Below the pieces are notes generated by a model. That model saw only the letters and a list, made by a program, of their open reading frames with translations, was not told where the DNA came from and did no database searches. Both the position numbers and the translations under genes were made by a program. 64,000 nt of DNA from Prochlorococcus sp. AG-363-N20 (GTDB lineage Bacteria; Cyanobacteriota; Cyanobacteriia; PCC-6307; Cyanobiaceae), in NCBI GenBank assembly GCA_003280105.1, contig QCFX01000002.1, positions 24,403 to 88,402 on the forward strand, given 5' to 3'. Below are positions 20,467 to 29,644 of this stretch, piece by piece (the first letter of the stretch is position 1; every line of letters begins with the position of its first letter).

Positions 20467-21549
20467 ATGAGCATTCTCGTCACAGGGGGAGGTGGCTATA
20501 TCGGCAGTCATGCTGTTAGAGCCTTACAGAAAGCAGGTAAGAAAGTCATTGTGCTTGACAACCTTGTTCATGGTCATCGTGAGGTTGTGGAAAAAACACT
20601 CGCTGTTCCTTTAGTAATAGGCCAAGTAGGTAACAAGAGATTATTAACTGAGTTGCTCAGAGGTAATTATTCAGAGCTAACGAGTAAAAAAAATGGTCTT
20701 AATGAACCAGTTGAAGCAGTAATGCATTTTGCCGCCTATGCCTATGTAGGAGAAAGTGTTACCAATCCTGCCAAGTATTATCGAAATAATGTTGGAGATT
20801 CACTTGCCCTTTTAGAAGCAATAGTCATAGAGAATCAACGTCGCGAGAGTCTTGCCAATCTTCCAAGCATTTCTATTGTTTTCTCCAGCACATGTGCAAC
20901 CTATGGAGTCCCAGAAAAACTGCCGATTTCTGAACTAACACCTACAGAACCAATAAACCCTTATGGACGGAGCAAGAGAATGGTAGAGCAATTATTAGAA
21001 GACTTTGGAGTCGCCTATGGTCTTAAAAGTATCATTTTCCGTTATTTCAATGCAGCTGGGGCTGATCCCGAGGGAGATCTTGGTGAGAGCCATAGTCCTG
21101 AAACACATTTAATCCCTTTAGTTCTAGATGCGATCACAGGCCGAATTCCTGAAATCAAGGTCTATGGTGATGACTATCCAACAAAAGATGGAACCTGTAT
21201 CAGGGATTTTATACATGTCACTGATCTAGCCAATGCACATTTACTAGGGTTGGAGTGGCTGAACAAAGAGCCCTCCCTAAAAAGCTTTTCTCCTACGATC
21301 TTCAACTTGGGCACTGGCAAAGGGTACTCGGTTCAAGAAGTGATTAATGCTGCTCAAGAAATAACTGGTGGTATTCTCAAAACCAAAGTAAGTTCCCGTC
21401 GAGCAGGAGATCCACCGATTTTGGTTGCATCGTCAAACAAAGCTTATTCAACACTAAATTGGAAGCCAATATATAGCGATCTCAATACAATTTTGCAGCA
21501 TGCCTGGAGATGGCATTGCCAAATCCACTCATTAAAGGCTAAACAGTAA
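20467..21549 (+). CDS. galE: UDP-glucose 4-epimerase
   Basis: [20 protein letters not shown] (YxxxK), [11 protein letters not shown] and [15 protein letters not shown] are typical GalE motifs. Confidence 0.85.
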   Translation: MSILVTGGGGYIGSHAVRALQKAGKKVIVLDNLVHGHREVVEKTLAVPLVIGQVGNKRLLTELLRGNYSELTSKKNGLNEPVEAVMHFAAYAYVGESVTNPAKYYRNNVGDSLALLEAIVIENQRRESLANLPSISIVFSSTCATYGVPEKLPISELTPTEPINPYGRSKRMVEQLLEDFGVAYGLKSIIFRYFNAAGADPEGDLGESHSPETHLIPLVLDAITGRIPEIKVYGDDYPTKDGTCIRDFIHVTDLANAHLLGLEWLNKEPSLKSFSPTIFNLGTGKGYSVQEVINAAQEITGGILKTKVSSRRAGDPPILVASSNKAYSTLNWKPIYSDLNTILQHAWRWHCQIHSLKAKQ

Positions 21550-21553
21550 TCTC

Positions 21554-22495
21554 ATGCCATCTTCAATAACTCGAAATTTAGTCACAGGTGGTGCGGGGTT
21601 TGTAGGCTCTCACTTAATAGATAAACTTATGAAGTCAGGAGAGGAAGTTATATGCCTAGATAATTATTTTACAGGTAGAAAGATTAATATTGAGCATTGG
21701 ATTGGGCACCCTCGATTTGAACTTATACGCCACGATGTTACTGAGCCAATACTATTAGAAGTTGATCGTATATGGCATTTAGCTTGTCCAGCATCACCAG
21801 TCCATTATCAGTACAATCCCATAAAAACTGCAAAGACCAGTTTTTTAGGAACATATAATATGCTTGGCCTTGCAAGAAGAGTAGGAGCAAGGTTATTACT
21901 CGCAAGTACTAGTGAAGTGTATGGAGATCCAGAAGTGCACCCCCAACCAGAAAGCTATAGGGGTTATGTAAATACTATTGGGATTAGGAGTTGTTATGAC
22001 GAAGGAAAGCGTATTGCTGAAACGTTATGTTGTGACTATCAAAGAATGCATCAGGTGGATATTCGGATCGTGCGAATCTTTAATACATATGGTCCTAGGA
22101 TGTTGCCAGATGATGGACGAGTTGTTAGTAATTTTATTGTCCAAGCTTTACGAGGTGAGGAAATTACACTCTATGGCAATGGAGATCAAACTAGAAGTTT
22201 TTGCTATATAGAAGATTTAGTAAATGGCATAAGACTTTTAATGGATGGAAAGCATTCAGGTCCTATAAATATAGGTAATCCAGTAGAGTTTAAGATAAGA
22301 GAGTTGGCAGAAATTATTCGTACAAAAATAAACCCTCAACTTAAATTTGTTAATAAGCCACTACCTGACGATGATCCTCTTCAAAGAAAACCTGTTATTG
22401 AACTAGCGCGTAAGGAATTGGGATGGCAGCCCAAAGTAGAACTTGAAGATGGACTTGATGAGACCATAAGTTATTTTAGAAAAACAATCTCATGA
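21554..22495 (+). CDS. UDP-glucuronate decarboxylase (UDP-xylose synthase)
   Basis: [48 protein letters not shown] and [10 protein letters not shown] are canonical UXS signatures; 313 aa. Confidence 0.9.
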   Translation: MPSSITRNLVTGGAGFVGSHLIDKLMKSGEEVICLDNYFTGRKINIEHWIGHPRFELIRHDVTEPILLEVDRIWHLACPASPVHYQYNPIKTAKTSFLGTYNMLGLARRVGARLLLASTSEVYGDPEVHPQPESYRGYVNTIGIRSCYDEGKRIAETLCCDYQRMHQVDIRIVRIFNTYGPRMLPDDGRVVSNFIVQALRGEEITLYGNGDQTRSFCYIEDLVNGIRLLMDGKHSGPINIGNPVEFKIRELAEIIRTKINPQLKFVNKPLPDDDPLQRKPVIELARKELGWQPKVELEDGLDETISYFRKTIS

Positions 22496-22611
22496 ATCCA
22501 ATCAATATAAAGGTCAAAAAAAAAGAAAAACTTTTGATGCTTACAAGAGTCAAGGCAAATCATTATCGGCTAAAAGAATATAGCTTTTTAATACCGGAGG
22601 ATAATTAATAT

Positions 22612-24372
22612 ATGCTCAGGGAAAAAAGCAAGCTAACAAATTCTAGTGTTCTTGAATTGGTAATAGAGCTTTGGCATAAATTGTATAAAAAAAGAAAGAG
22701 ACAACTTTATATACTATTTTTCTTGATTTTATTGAGCGGACTTTCAGAGGTTTTAAGCCTAGCGACTGTTCTACCTTTCCTTGCCGTATTAGCCAATCCA
22801 AATGCAATCTGGAGTAATAGTCTAGTTCAACAAAGTGCAAAGGCGATAGGGATAGATTCACCTGGGGAGTTAATCCTGCCAGTTACACTATTGTTTATTT
22901 TTTCAGCAATAATATCGGGAGCAATACGTATTCTTAATCTGTGGCTTAGCGGAAGAGTTGTTGCGGCAATAACCTCTGACTTAAGCTCTGAAGCTTATAA
23001 AAGGATTCTTTCGCAGCCATACTCCAGTCATATAAAAGTAAACAGCAGTGAGCTTATAGCCTCTTTATCACTAGACATGAATACCCTGAAATATCAGGTC
23101 CTTATCCCCCTATTAACATTAATTAGCTCTGGCACTGTAGGACTCAGCCTAATAATTACATTGTTATTAATAGATTTCAACTTAACATTTTCACTAGGCC
23201 TATCTATTACTATTCTCTACTCATTGATAATTTATTTAAACAAGCGTTCTATAGAGAGACTGAGCCAAAGCCAGGTGTATTTAGAAAGGAATTTAATTAA
23301 GACATTACAAGAAAGTCTAGGTAGTATTCGCGAGATAATACTTGAGAGCAATCAGGTTTTTTTCTCTACCATACACTTTAATACTGACCATAAGTTGAGA
23401 AGAGTTCAAGCAAAGAAGCTCTTTCAATCAGGTTTTCCAAGGTTCATACTTGAACCATTAGCAATGGTTTTAATAGCAATTGCTGGTTGCTGGCTAGTAA
23501 TGAATGGTGGAGTAACAAAAGCCCTACCACTATTAGGAGCCTTGGCTCTTGGTTCACAAAGATTACTTCCAATGGCACAGAAATTTTACGAGAGCTCTGT
23601 TGCCTGTAGAGGCTCAAAGTCAAGCTTGGAAAATGTCATTTGCTTAATAAACAAACCTTTACCAAATAACTACTTAAAAAATGGCTTTAAGAAACTCTGC
23701 TTCAAAGATCAAATTAGTTTCAATAATGTCAGTTTTAAATATGATGCTGGTGCGAGCGATATCCTGTCAAACTTTTCATTAAAAATAAGGCGAGGTGAAA
23801 AAATTGGGGTCATTGGCACGTCAGGAAGCGGAAAAAGTACTGCTATTGACTTACTTATGGGACTCTTAGAACCAACCAATGGAGAGATTCACGTAGATGG
23901 TAAAAACCTTCATGACACTATGAATAAAGAATTACTCTCTTCATGGAAAGCTGGACTTTCTCATGTTCCTCAGAATATTTTTCTGACCGATACAACCATT
24001 TCGGAAAATATAGCCTTTGGCATTGATCCAAAAAATATTGATATGAAAAGGGTTGAATATGTTGCTAGTAAAGCCCAAATTGCTGGCTTTATCGAATCAT
24101 TGCCCGATGGCTACAATAGCTCAGTTGGGGAAAGAGGAATCTCTCTAAGTGGAGGGCAAAGACAACGAATTGCAATAGCTCGTGCTCTCTACAAAGATGT
24201 CTCTCTTTTAATACTTGATGAAGCAACAAGTGCTCTCGACAATCAAACGGAAGCACTTGTTGTAGATGCTATTACCAGCATGAAGAAAGATCTCACAATA
24301 GTTATGGTCGCTCACCGTTTATCCACACTAGAGAAATGTGACCGTGTGATTGACTTAAGATCTAGTGAATAA
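22612..24372 (+). CDS. ABC half-transporter (TMD-NBD), MsbA/PglK-like exporter
   Basis: About six N-terminal hydrophobic segments, Walker A GTSGSGKST, signature LSGGQRQRIAIARAL and Walker B LLILDEATSALD; 586 aa. Confidence 0.85.
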   Translation: MLREKSKLTNSSVLELVIELWHKLYKKRKRQLYILFFLILLSGLSEVLSLATVLPFLAVLANPNAIWSNSLVQQSAKAIGIDSPGELILPVTLLFIFSAIISGAIRILNLWLSGRVVAAITSDLSSEAYKRILSQPYSSHIKVNSSELIASLSLDMNTLKYQVLIPLLTLISSGTVGLSLIITLLLIDFNLTFSLGLSITILYSLIIYLNKRSIERLSQSQVYLERNLIKTLQESLGSIREIILESNQVFFSTIHFNTDHKLRRVQAKKLFQSGFPRFILEPLAMVLIAIAGCWLVMNGGVTKALPLLGALALGSQRLLPMAQKFYESSVACRGSKSSLENVICLINKPLPNNYLKNGFKKLCFKDQISFNNVSFKYDAGASDILSNFSLKIRRGEKIGVIGTSGSGKSTAIDLLMGLLEPTNGEIHVDGKNLHDTMNKELLSSWKAGLSHVPQNIFLTDTTISENIAFGIDPKNIDMKRVEYVASKAQIAGFIESLPDGYNSSVGERGISLSGGQRQRIAIARALYKDVSLLILDEATSALDNQTEALVVDAITSMKKDLTIVMVAHRLSTLEKCDRVIDLRSSE

Positions 24373-24530
24373 GTTGAAAAAGAGAAGACCCAAACTGAAG
24401 AGCTTTAAAAAGGGATTTGACTATAAGTTATTATCTACAGAGTGTTTTAATCATAAAAACAACTCATTCTAATATTCAATAATTGATGAACTTTCTCTAT
24501 AGTTTATTTCTGATTTCAAAATAGATTTGA

Positions 24531-25481
24531 CTAGATTTCTGGTTTGTTTAGTATCAAACTCCTCATACTTGAATAAGACATTTTAGAAGCTGTTGCACTC
24601 GAAATTTCACCTTTTATAGAGTTATCGAAATGGTGATTGAATTTCAACAACAAATAAGGTGTGCCATCTAAAATAATTTCCTTGGTCGATGAAGCCTCAA
24701 ATTCACTGATTAACACTTCATCAATCTTATCTCCTATTCGCCTTTCGATTTGCTTGTAATCAACATTATGCAATTCCTTCCACACCTCTAATAAGTCTTT
24801 TATTTCTACACTATTCATATAAGATGATAATATACCACCCTTTAACATGGCCCTATGAAGCAAACTAGTCTTTACTAGTTTTACTGCTTCATTAATAGAA
24901 AACATAAACCTCCTCATACCTAATCCAGTGGTCTCTACAAGCATTTTTTCAGTAGTCATTCTTTGCCATAAGGGGAGTACAGAACCAGTAGACCAAGCTA
25001 TATTTCCAAATCTTACACAGGTAAATATGGTATCACTATATGTATCTAACCCACTAAAAAGTCTCTCCATTATTGCCTTGGAATGGCCATAGATATTTCC
25101 TATTGGTGATGCTGCTTTATCTGTGCTTATACCTATTACTGATTTAATACCATTTTCAATTGCCAATCGAGCAACATTCTGAGTGCCAGCGATATTTATG
25201 TCTATGCATTCAAATGGATTTTTTTCGGAAATGTCGACAAATTTTGTCGCAGCTGCATGAATAATGTGCTGAGGGTTATATCTCTGCAAGACATCCTTAA
25301 TTGAAGAGACACTAGTTATATCCATTGGGGCCACCTGACAACCCGTCGTATCTGAGGCAAGATAATTTATCCCATTATTTCGAGAGCCCAAAACTATATT
25401 GAAATCTTTGCGCAATTCTAAAGCTAGGTTTCTCCCTAGAAATCCAGAGCCTCCTGTAATTAGAATAGTTTCTTTGAGCAT
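24531..25481 (-). CDS. Short-form Polysacc_synt_2 (CapD/FlaA1/PseB-like) nucleotide-sugar 4,6-dehydratase/epimerase
   Basis: ITGGSGFLGRNL and ISTDKAASPIGNIYGHSKAIMERLF (an STDKA...Y-x-x-x-K block as in PseB/FlaA1). It is the only minus-strand gene in the island. Confidence 0.72.
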   Translation of the reverse strand: MLKETILITGGSGFLGRNLALELRKDFNIVLGSRNNGINYLASDTTGCQVAPMDITSVSSIKDVLQRYNPQHIIHAAATKFVDISEKNPFECIDINIAGTQNVARLAIENGIKSVIGISTDKAASPIGNIYGHSKAIMERLFSGLDTYSDTIFTCVRFGNIAWSTGSVLPLWQRMTTEKMLVETTGLGMRRFMFSINEAVKLVKTSLLHRAMLKGGILSSYMNSVEIKDLLEVWKELHNVDYKQIERRIGDKIDEVLISEFEASSTKEIILDGTPYLLLKFNHHFDNSIKGEISSATASKMSYSSMRSLILNKPEI

Positions 25482-25687
25482 AAAGAATTGAACGATTATC
25501 TTTATACAATAGCAAACTATGCTAAAAGAGCTTTAGGGAAAAGCTAATACTTACGCAGTATTAATCAATTACTTCTTTTAAGAATTAGAGATTTTTATAA
25601 TAAACTCGATAATTAACTATTCATTCGTCTCTGAAATTATGCTATTATAATAATATATTGAAAACAAGGGTAATATTCACCTGAAAA

Positions 25688-26584
25688 ATGAGTACGCACC
25701 CATTCTTCTCTGTAGTAATACCAACTTACAATAGGAGAGACCTCCTAGAAATCACTCTGAATTCAGTACTTAATCAGAATTTCGCATCATTCGAAGTAAT
25801 TGTCGTAGATAACTGCTCAAATGATGGAACAGATAATATGATCGTGAAATATTTGAATGATGGCCGAATAACCTATATAAAAAATGAAAAGAATATGGAA
25901 AGAGGTTACTCTAGAAATAGAGGAATAGAGTCTTCAAAAGGTGAATTTCTAACCCTTCTAGATGCTGATGATATTATGTATCCCGATTGCCTAGAAGAAG
26001 CCTATAAACATGCGATTACTAATTCATCTTCGTTTTTTTTCGCTCCTAAGTTTGATAAGTTCAATTATTCTGGTATAGATAAGGTACATTTCAAAAAGAT
26101 TAATACAAAAAATCAAACACTAGAGATATGTAAGGGGAATTATATTTCATGTATAGGCGTGTTCCTTCATCGTAAAATTTATCAAACTTTACGCTTTACA
26201 GAAGATCCTTTAATGGTTGGCTCTGAAGATTACTTGATATGGTTTGAGATCCTTACCATGTACAATTTCACTAGGCTGCCCGTAACAACTTGTGCTACAA
26301 GAGAGCATGCAGGTAGATCTGTATATAGCGAAATGTATTCAAATCTAGAATACCAAAGATCTTTTATTATAAAATATATAAAAAGCCGGAAAAATCTTGT
26401 TAGAAAATATTCAAAATACCTACACCTAGTAAATTCAAATTACTTCTACCATCAAGCACTCTACTCCTTGAATAAAAAAAATAAATCCAAGGCTTTCAGG
26501 CTTCTAATTCAAGCGATTGGAATTAATCCTTACTTTATTTTTTCTAAGAGGTTTATAGCCTTGTCAATAAAGATTGCTCTATAG
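25688..26584 (+). CDS. Family 2 glycosyltransferase
   Basis: FSVVIPTYNRRDLLEITLNSVLNQ...VIVVDNCSNDGT and a DADD motif (LLDADDIM). Confidence 0.82.
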   Translation: MSTHPFFSVVIPTYNRRDLLEITLNSVLNQNFASFEVIVVDNCSNDGTDNMIVKYLNDGRITYIKNEKNMERGYSRNRGIESSKGEFLTLLDADDIMYPDCLEEAYKHAITNSSSFFFAPKFDKFNYSGIDKVHFKKINTKNQTLEICKGNYISCIGVFLHRKIYQTLRFTEDPLMVGSEDYLIWFEILTMYNFTRLPVTTCATREHAGRSVYSEMYSNLEYQRSFIIKYIKSRKNLVRKYSKYLHLVNSNYFYHQALYSLNKKNKSKAFRLLIQAIGINPYFIFSKRFIALSIKIAL

Positions 26585-26772
26585 TAAAAAAGAGTCGAGC
26601 TATTAAGATCAGGTCTTAAATACAAAAGAGTACCTCTCCTTAAAATAAACCCTAGAGATGTCAAAAGAGTATTTACTAAATCAATTAGATGTTTTGGAAC
26701 CCGCAAGAATGTTTAGACTTAAAAGAAAAGGTTTCATGGACATTGAACTAAGTCCTATAATGAATTCAGCCT

Positions 26773-27459
26773 ATGGTCAATATAGTGGTCAAAAAAATAA
26801 CATATGCGCTAATAATGGCCGCAGGTAGAGGCTCAAGAATGATGCCATTAACCCAAAATGTACCTAAAGCAATGGCTCCATATGATGGTTCCACCCTTAT
26901 TTCTCAAGGGATAAAGAAAGTAAAGTCAGTTGTGCCAAATATATACATAACAGTAGGCTATAAAGGTGCTGTCTTGGCACAGCATGTAATAGATATAGGG
27001 GTAAGTGGTCTGTTCGATACCTCTGGGAAGGACAATGCTTGGTGGATATTTAACACACTTATGAAAGAATTAGATGAACCTGTATATGTGCTTACTTGCG
27101 ATAATATTATAAAGTTAGATTTTGACTTAATTGCAGACGAATACTATAGTTTTGGATCTCCTGCAGCAATGGTTGTCCCTGTAAAGCCAATAGAAGGTTT
27201 AGAAGGTGATTACATATTTCACAAAAACAATCTGATAAAGCGATTAAGTCGTAATGAGCCATCAGATATATATTGTTCTGGCATTCAAGTTATAAATCCA
27301 AAAAAAATAAATAGTCTAATAAAACCAGCTGAAAACTTCTATTCAATTTGGTCATCATTAATAGAAAAAGATCAATTATATTGTGGAGATATCTATCCTG
27401 ATGAATGGTTTGCCGCCGATACTATAAAACAATTAGAAATGATTCCCAAAGGCTACTAA
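26773..27459 (+). CDS. Small nucleotidyltransferase (NTP_transferase fold, LicC/MurU-like size)
   Basis: LIMAAGRGSRMMPLTQNVPKAM is the G-x-G-t-R-l-x-P-l-t-x-x-x-PK signature; 228 aa. The activated substrate is unknown. Confidence 0.65.
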   Translation: MVNIVVKKITYALIMAAGRGSRMMPLTQNVPKAMAPYDGSTLISQGIKKVKSVVPNIYITVGYKGAVLAQHVIDIGVSGLFDTSGKDNAWWIFNTLMKELDEPVYVLTCDNIIKLDFDLIADEYYSFGSPAAMVVPVKPIEGLEGDYIFHKNNLIKRLSRNEPSDIYCSGIQVINPKKINSLIKPAENFYSIWSSLIEKDQLYCGDIYPDEWFAADTIKQLEMIPKGY

Positions 27460-27516
27460 CTGCAAAAATGCACTAATCCAAAAAGATTAAATCTATTCAA
27501 TTTAATTATTTTTCTT

Positions 27517-28647
27517 ATGAGTAAACTAGATTTTGTGACCAAACCTAAGAAGATATTTTTCTTCTATCTATCGAATAAACGGACAATTATGATTGAGACG
27601 CAGATACTTCATCTAAAACGACTTGGATATGAAGTGACATTCTGCAGTATTGATGTGCCTGGAGAACTTCATTCTTATCTAAAGGAGTGTGGTGTTAACT
27701 CTTTTTCTCTGAAGCCACTTCCAAATAATGGAATCAGAAGATATTTCTTAGGAGCTTTACAACTTTCTAAGTTAATTCGAGGCAAAAGTTTTAAACTTGT
27801 AATCTCTCATCTTCAGCAAGCAAATATGATATCTTCTTTAGCATTTAAAATATTCAATTTAGAACCCAATTTAATCACATTTAGACATCATTATAAGCCT
27901 TTAAATATAAATTCATATATTGGTGATTTTGTCGTTAATCTTCTAAGTCCTCTTCAGGTCGTCCCAGCATTATCAATTAGAAATCGCATGATCAAATATG
28001 AGCGATTAAAAAAGAGATCTGTATCTCTTCTTAGATATTCCTACGACTTCAAAAAATATCCAAATATCTCGCAGGAACGAGTGAATTCTATACGTGAAAA
28101 ATATAAGGGACCTTTATTAACAATAATATCTAGGTTGGTACCAGAAAAAAGGCACCTATTAGTTATTGAGGCTTTATCAAAACTCAAAGAGAAAGGACTA
28201 GATTTTAACTGTCTTATTCCAGATACTGGGCCAGAAGAAAATAGCTTGAGAAAAGAAATTATAGAGAAAAAATTGGGAGAGCAAGTCCATTTTCTTGGTT
28301 TTAGAAAAGATATTATGGAATTACTTGAAGCCTCTGATATCCTCCTTCATCCTTCTATTGCAGAAGCGAGTTGTAGTGTAATCAAGGAAGCAGGCTTAGT
28401 TAGATGCCCTGTCATTGCTTGTTCTGGAGTGGGCGACTTTGATGAATATTTACAAGATTCAGTTAATTCTCTTGTCCTTTCTCAAGAGGATGATTCAGAG
28501 GTCTGGTCGAAAGCAATTGCCTCACTAATAAATGACCCCTCTAGAAGGAAGAGGCTTGGCACTAATTTGCACAAATCTATATTGGATCGATTTTCAGACA
28601 ACGAGGAAAGCAGAAGAGACCTTTCCAAGTTAATTTCCCTAGATTAA
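27517..28647 (+). CDS. Family 4 (GT-B, group 1) glycosyltransferase
   Basis: The C-terminal half (LVPEKRHLLVIEAL..., FLGFRKDI, LLHPSIAEASCSVIKEAGLVRCPVIA) fits the GT4 E-x7-E region. Confidence 0.7.
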   Translation: MSKLDFVTKPKKIFFFYLSNKRTIMIETQILHLKRLGYEVTFCSIDVPGELHSYLKECGVNSFSLKPLPNNGIRRYFLGALQLSKLIRGKSFKLVISHLQQANMISSLAFKIFNLEPNLITFRHHYKPLNINSYIGDFVVNLLSPLQVVPALSIRNRMIKYERLKKRSVSLLRYSYDFKKYPNISQERVNSIREKYKGPLLTIISRLVPEKRHLLVIEALSKLKEKGLDFNCLIPDTGPEENSLRKEIIEKKLGEQVHFLGFRKDIMELLEASDILLHPSIAEASCSVIKEAGLVRCPVIACSGVGDFDEYLQDSVNSLVLSQEDDSEVWSKAIASLINDPSRRKRLGTNLHKSILDRFSDNEESRRDLSKLISLD

Positions 28648-28674
28648 ATTTAGATCTTAAGTTATTATATTCAG

Positions 28675-29640
28675 GTGAATAACTTATTCTGCTGTCCAGT
28701 TACAGGATCACCTTTAGTCAAGTCTGGAGAGAGTTACATCTCTGAGGCGACTAAGGAAAGATTCCCCATTTTAGAAGGAATTCCTAGGTTCTGCCCCATT
28801 GAGAATTATTCAGAAAGCTTTGGGTTCCAATGGAATATATTTGAACAAACTCAATTAGATATATATTCTAATTCTAGCCTTACAGAAGTTCGATTCTATG
28901 GGTCAACAGGTTGGTCACCGGATAAATTAAGTGGCGAAAATATTCTAGAGGTTGGAAGTGGTGCAGGGAGGTTTACAGAGGCCTTTTTACGAACTACAAA
29001 GGCAACATTACACAGCATAGACTTTTCTAATGCTGTCGAAGCAAACCGGAGAAATAATTTAAATTATGGGAGTCGACTTCAATTAGCACAAGCATCTATA
29101 TACCAAATGCCATTTGCAGATAACACGTTTGATAAAGTTTTTTGCCTTGGTGTTCTCCAACATACTCCTTCATTTGCAACATCGATAAAATCTCTTATTC
29201 AAAAAGCCAAGGTAGGTGGTGAAATAGTTGTTGATTTCTATCCAATAAAAGGATGGTATACAAAAATCCATTCTAAATATATCTTTAGACCTATAACTAA
29301 AAGAATGCCTAAGAGACTTTTACTTAATCTAATTCGCCTAAATATCAGATGGATGTTGATAGCATTTGACCTACTTTGTGCTATTGGTTGTAGTCTTCTA
29401 ACACGTTTTATCCCTATTACTGATGTGCGATCATTGCCGCCTACTTTGAGTAGGTCACAAAGACGCGAGTGGGCAATAATGGATACTTTTGATGGATTAT
29501 CACCTGAGTACGATTCACCACAGAGGGTTGAAGATGTCAAGAAAATGTTTACATCCAATGGGTGTGATATCTCATTTGCTGGTGTTGTAAATTACTCAGG
29601 AGGCTCTTCTACAGTGGTAAGAGCAATAAAACGCAGTTAA
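28675..29640 (+). CDS. Class I SAM-dependent methyltransferase with a Trm112-like N-terminal segment
   Basis: LFCCPVTGSPL...GIPRF N-terminus, then SAM motif ILEVGSGAGRFTE and FDKVFCLGVLQH. GTG start. It ends 4 nt before asnB. Confidence 0.7.
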   Translation: MNNLFCCPVTGSPLVKSGESYISEATKERFPILEGIPRFCPIENYSESFGFQWNIFEQTQLDIYSNSSLTEVRFYGSTGWSPDKLSGENILEVGSGAGRFTEAFLRTTKATLHSIDFSNAVEANRRNNLNYGSRLQLAQASIYQMPFADNTFDKVFCLGVLQHTPSFATSIKSLIQKAKVGGEIVVDFYPIKGWYTKIHSKYIFRPITKRMPKRLLLNLIRLNIRWMLIAFDLLCAIGCSLLTRFIPITDVRSLPPTLSRSQRREWAIMDTFDGLSPEYDSPQRVEDVKKMFTSNGCDISFAGVVNYSGGSSTVVRAIKRS

Positions 29641-29644
29641 AAAT

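Noticed and set aside
26658-26828. 56-codon ORF upstream of and overlapping the nucleotidyltransferase start
   Set aside because: It overlaps the N-terminal G-x-G motif region of the better-supported CDS in another frame, and has no RBS.
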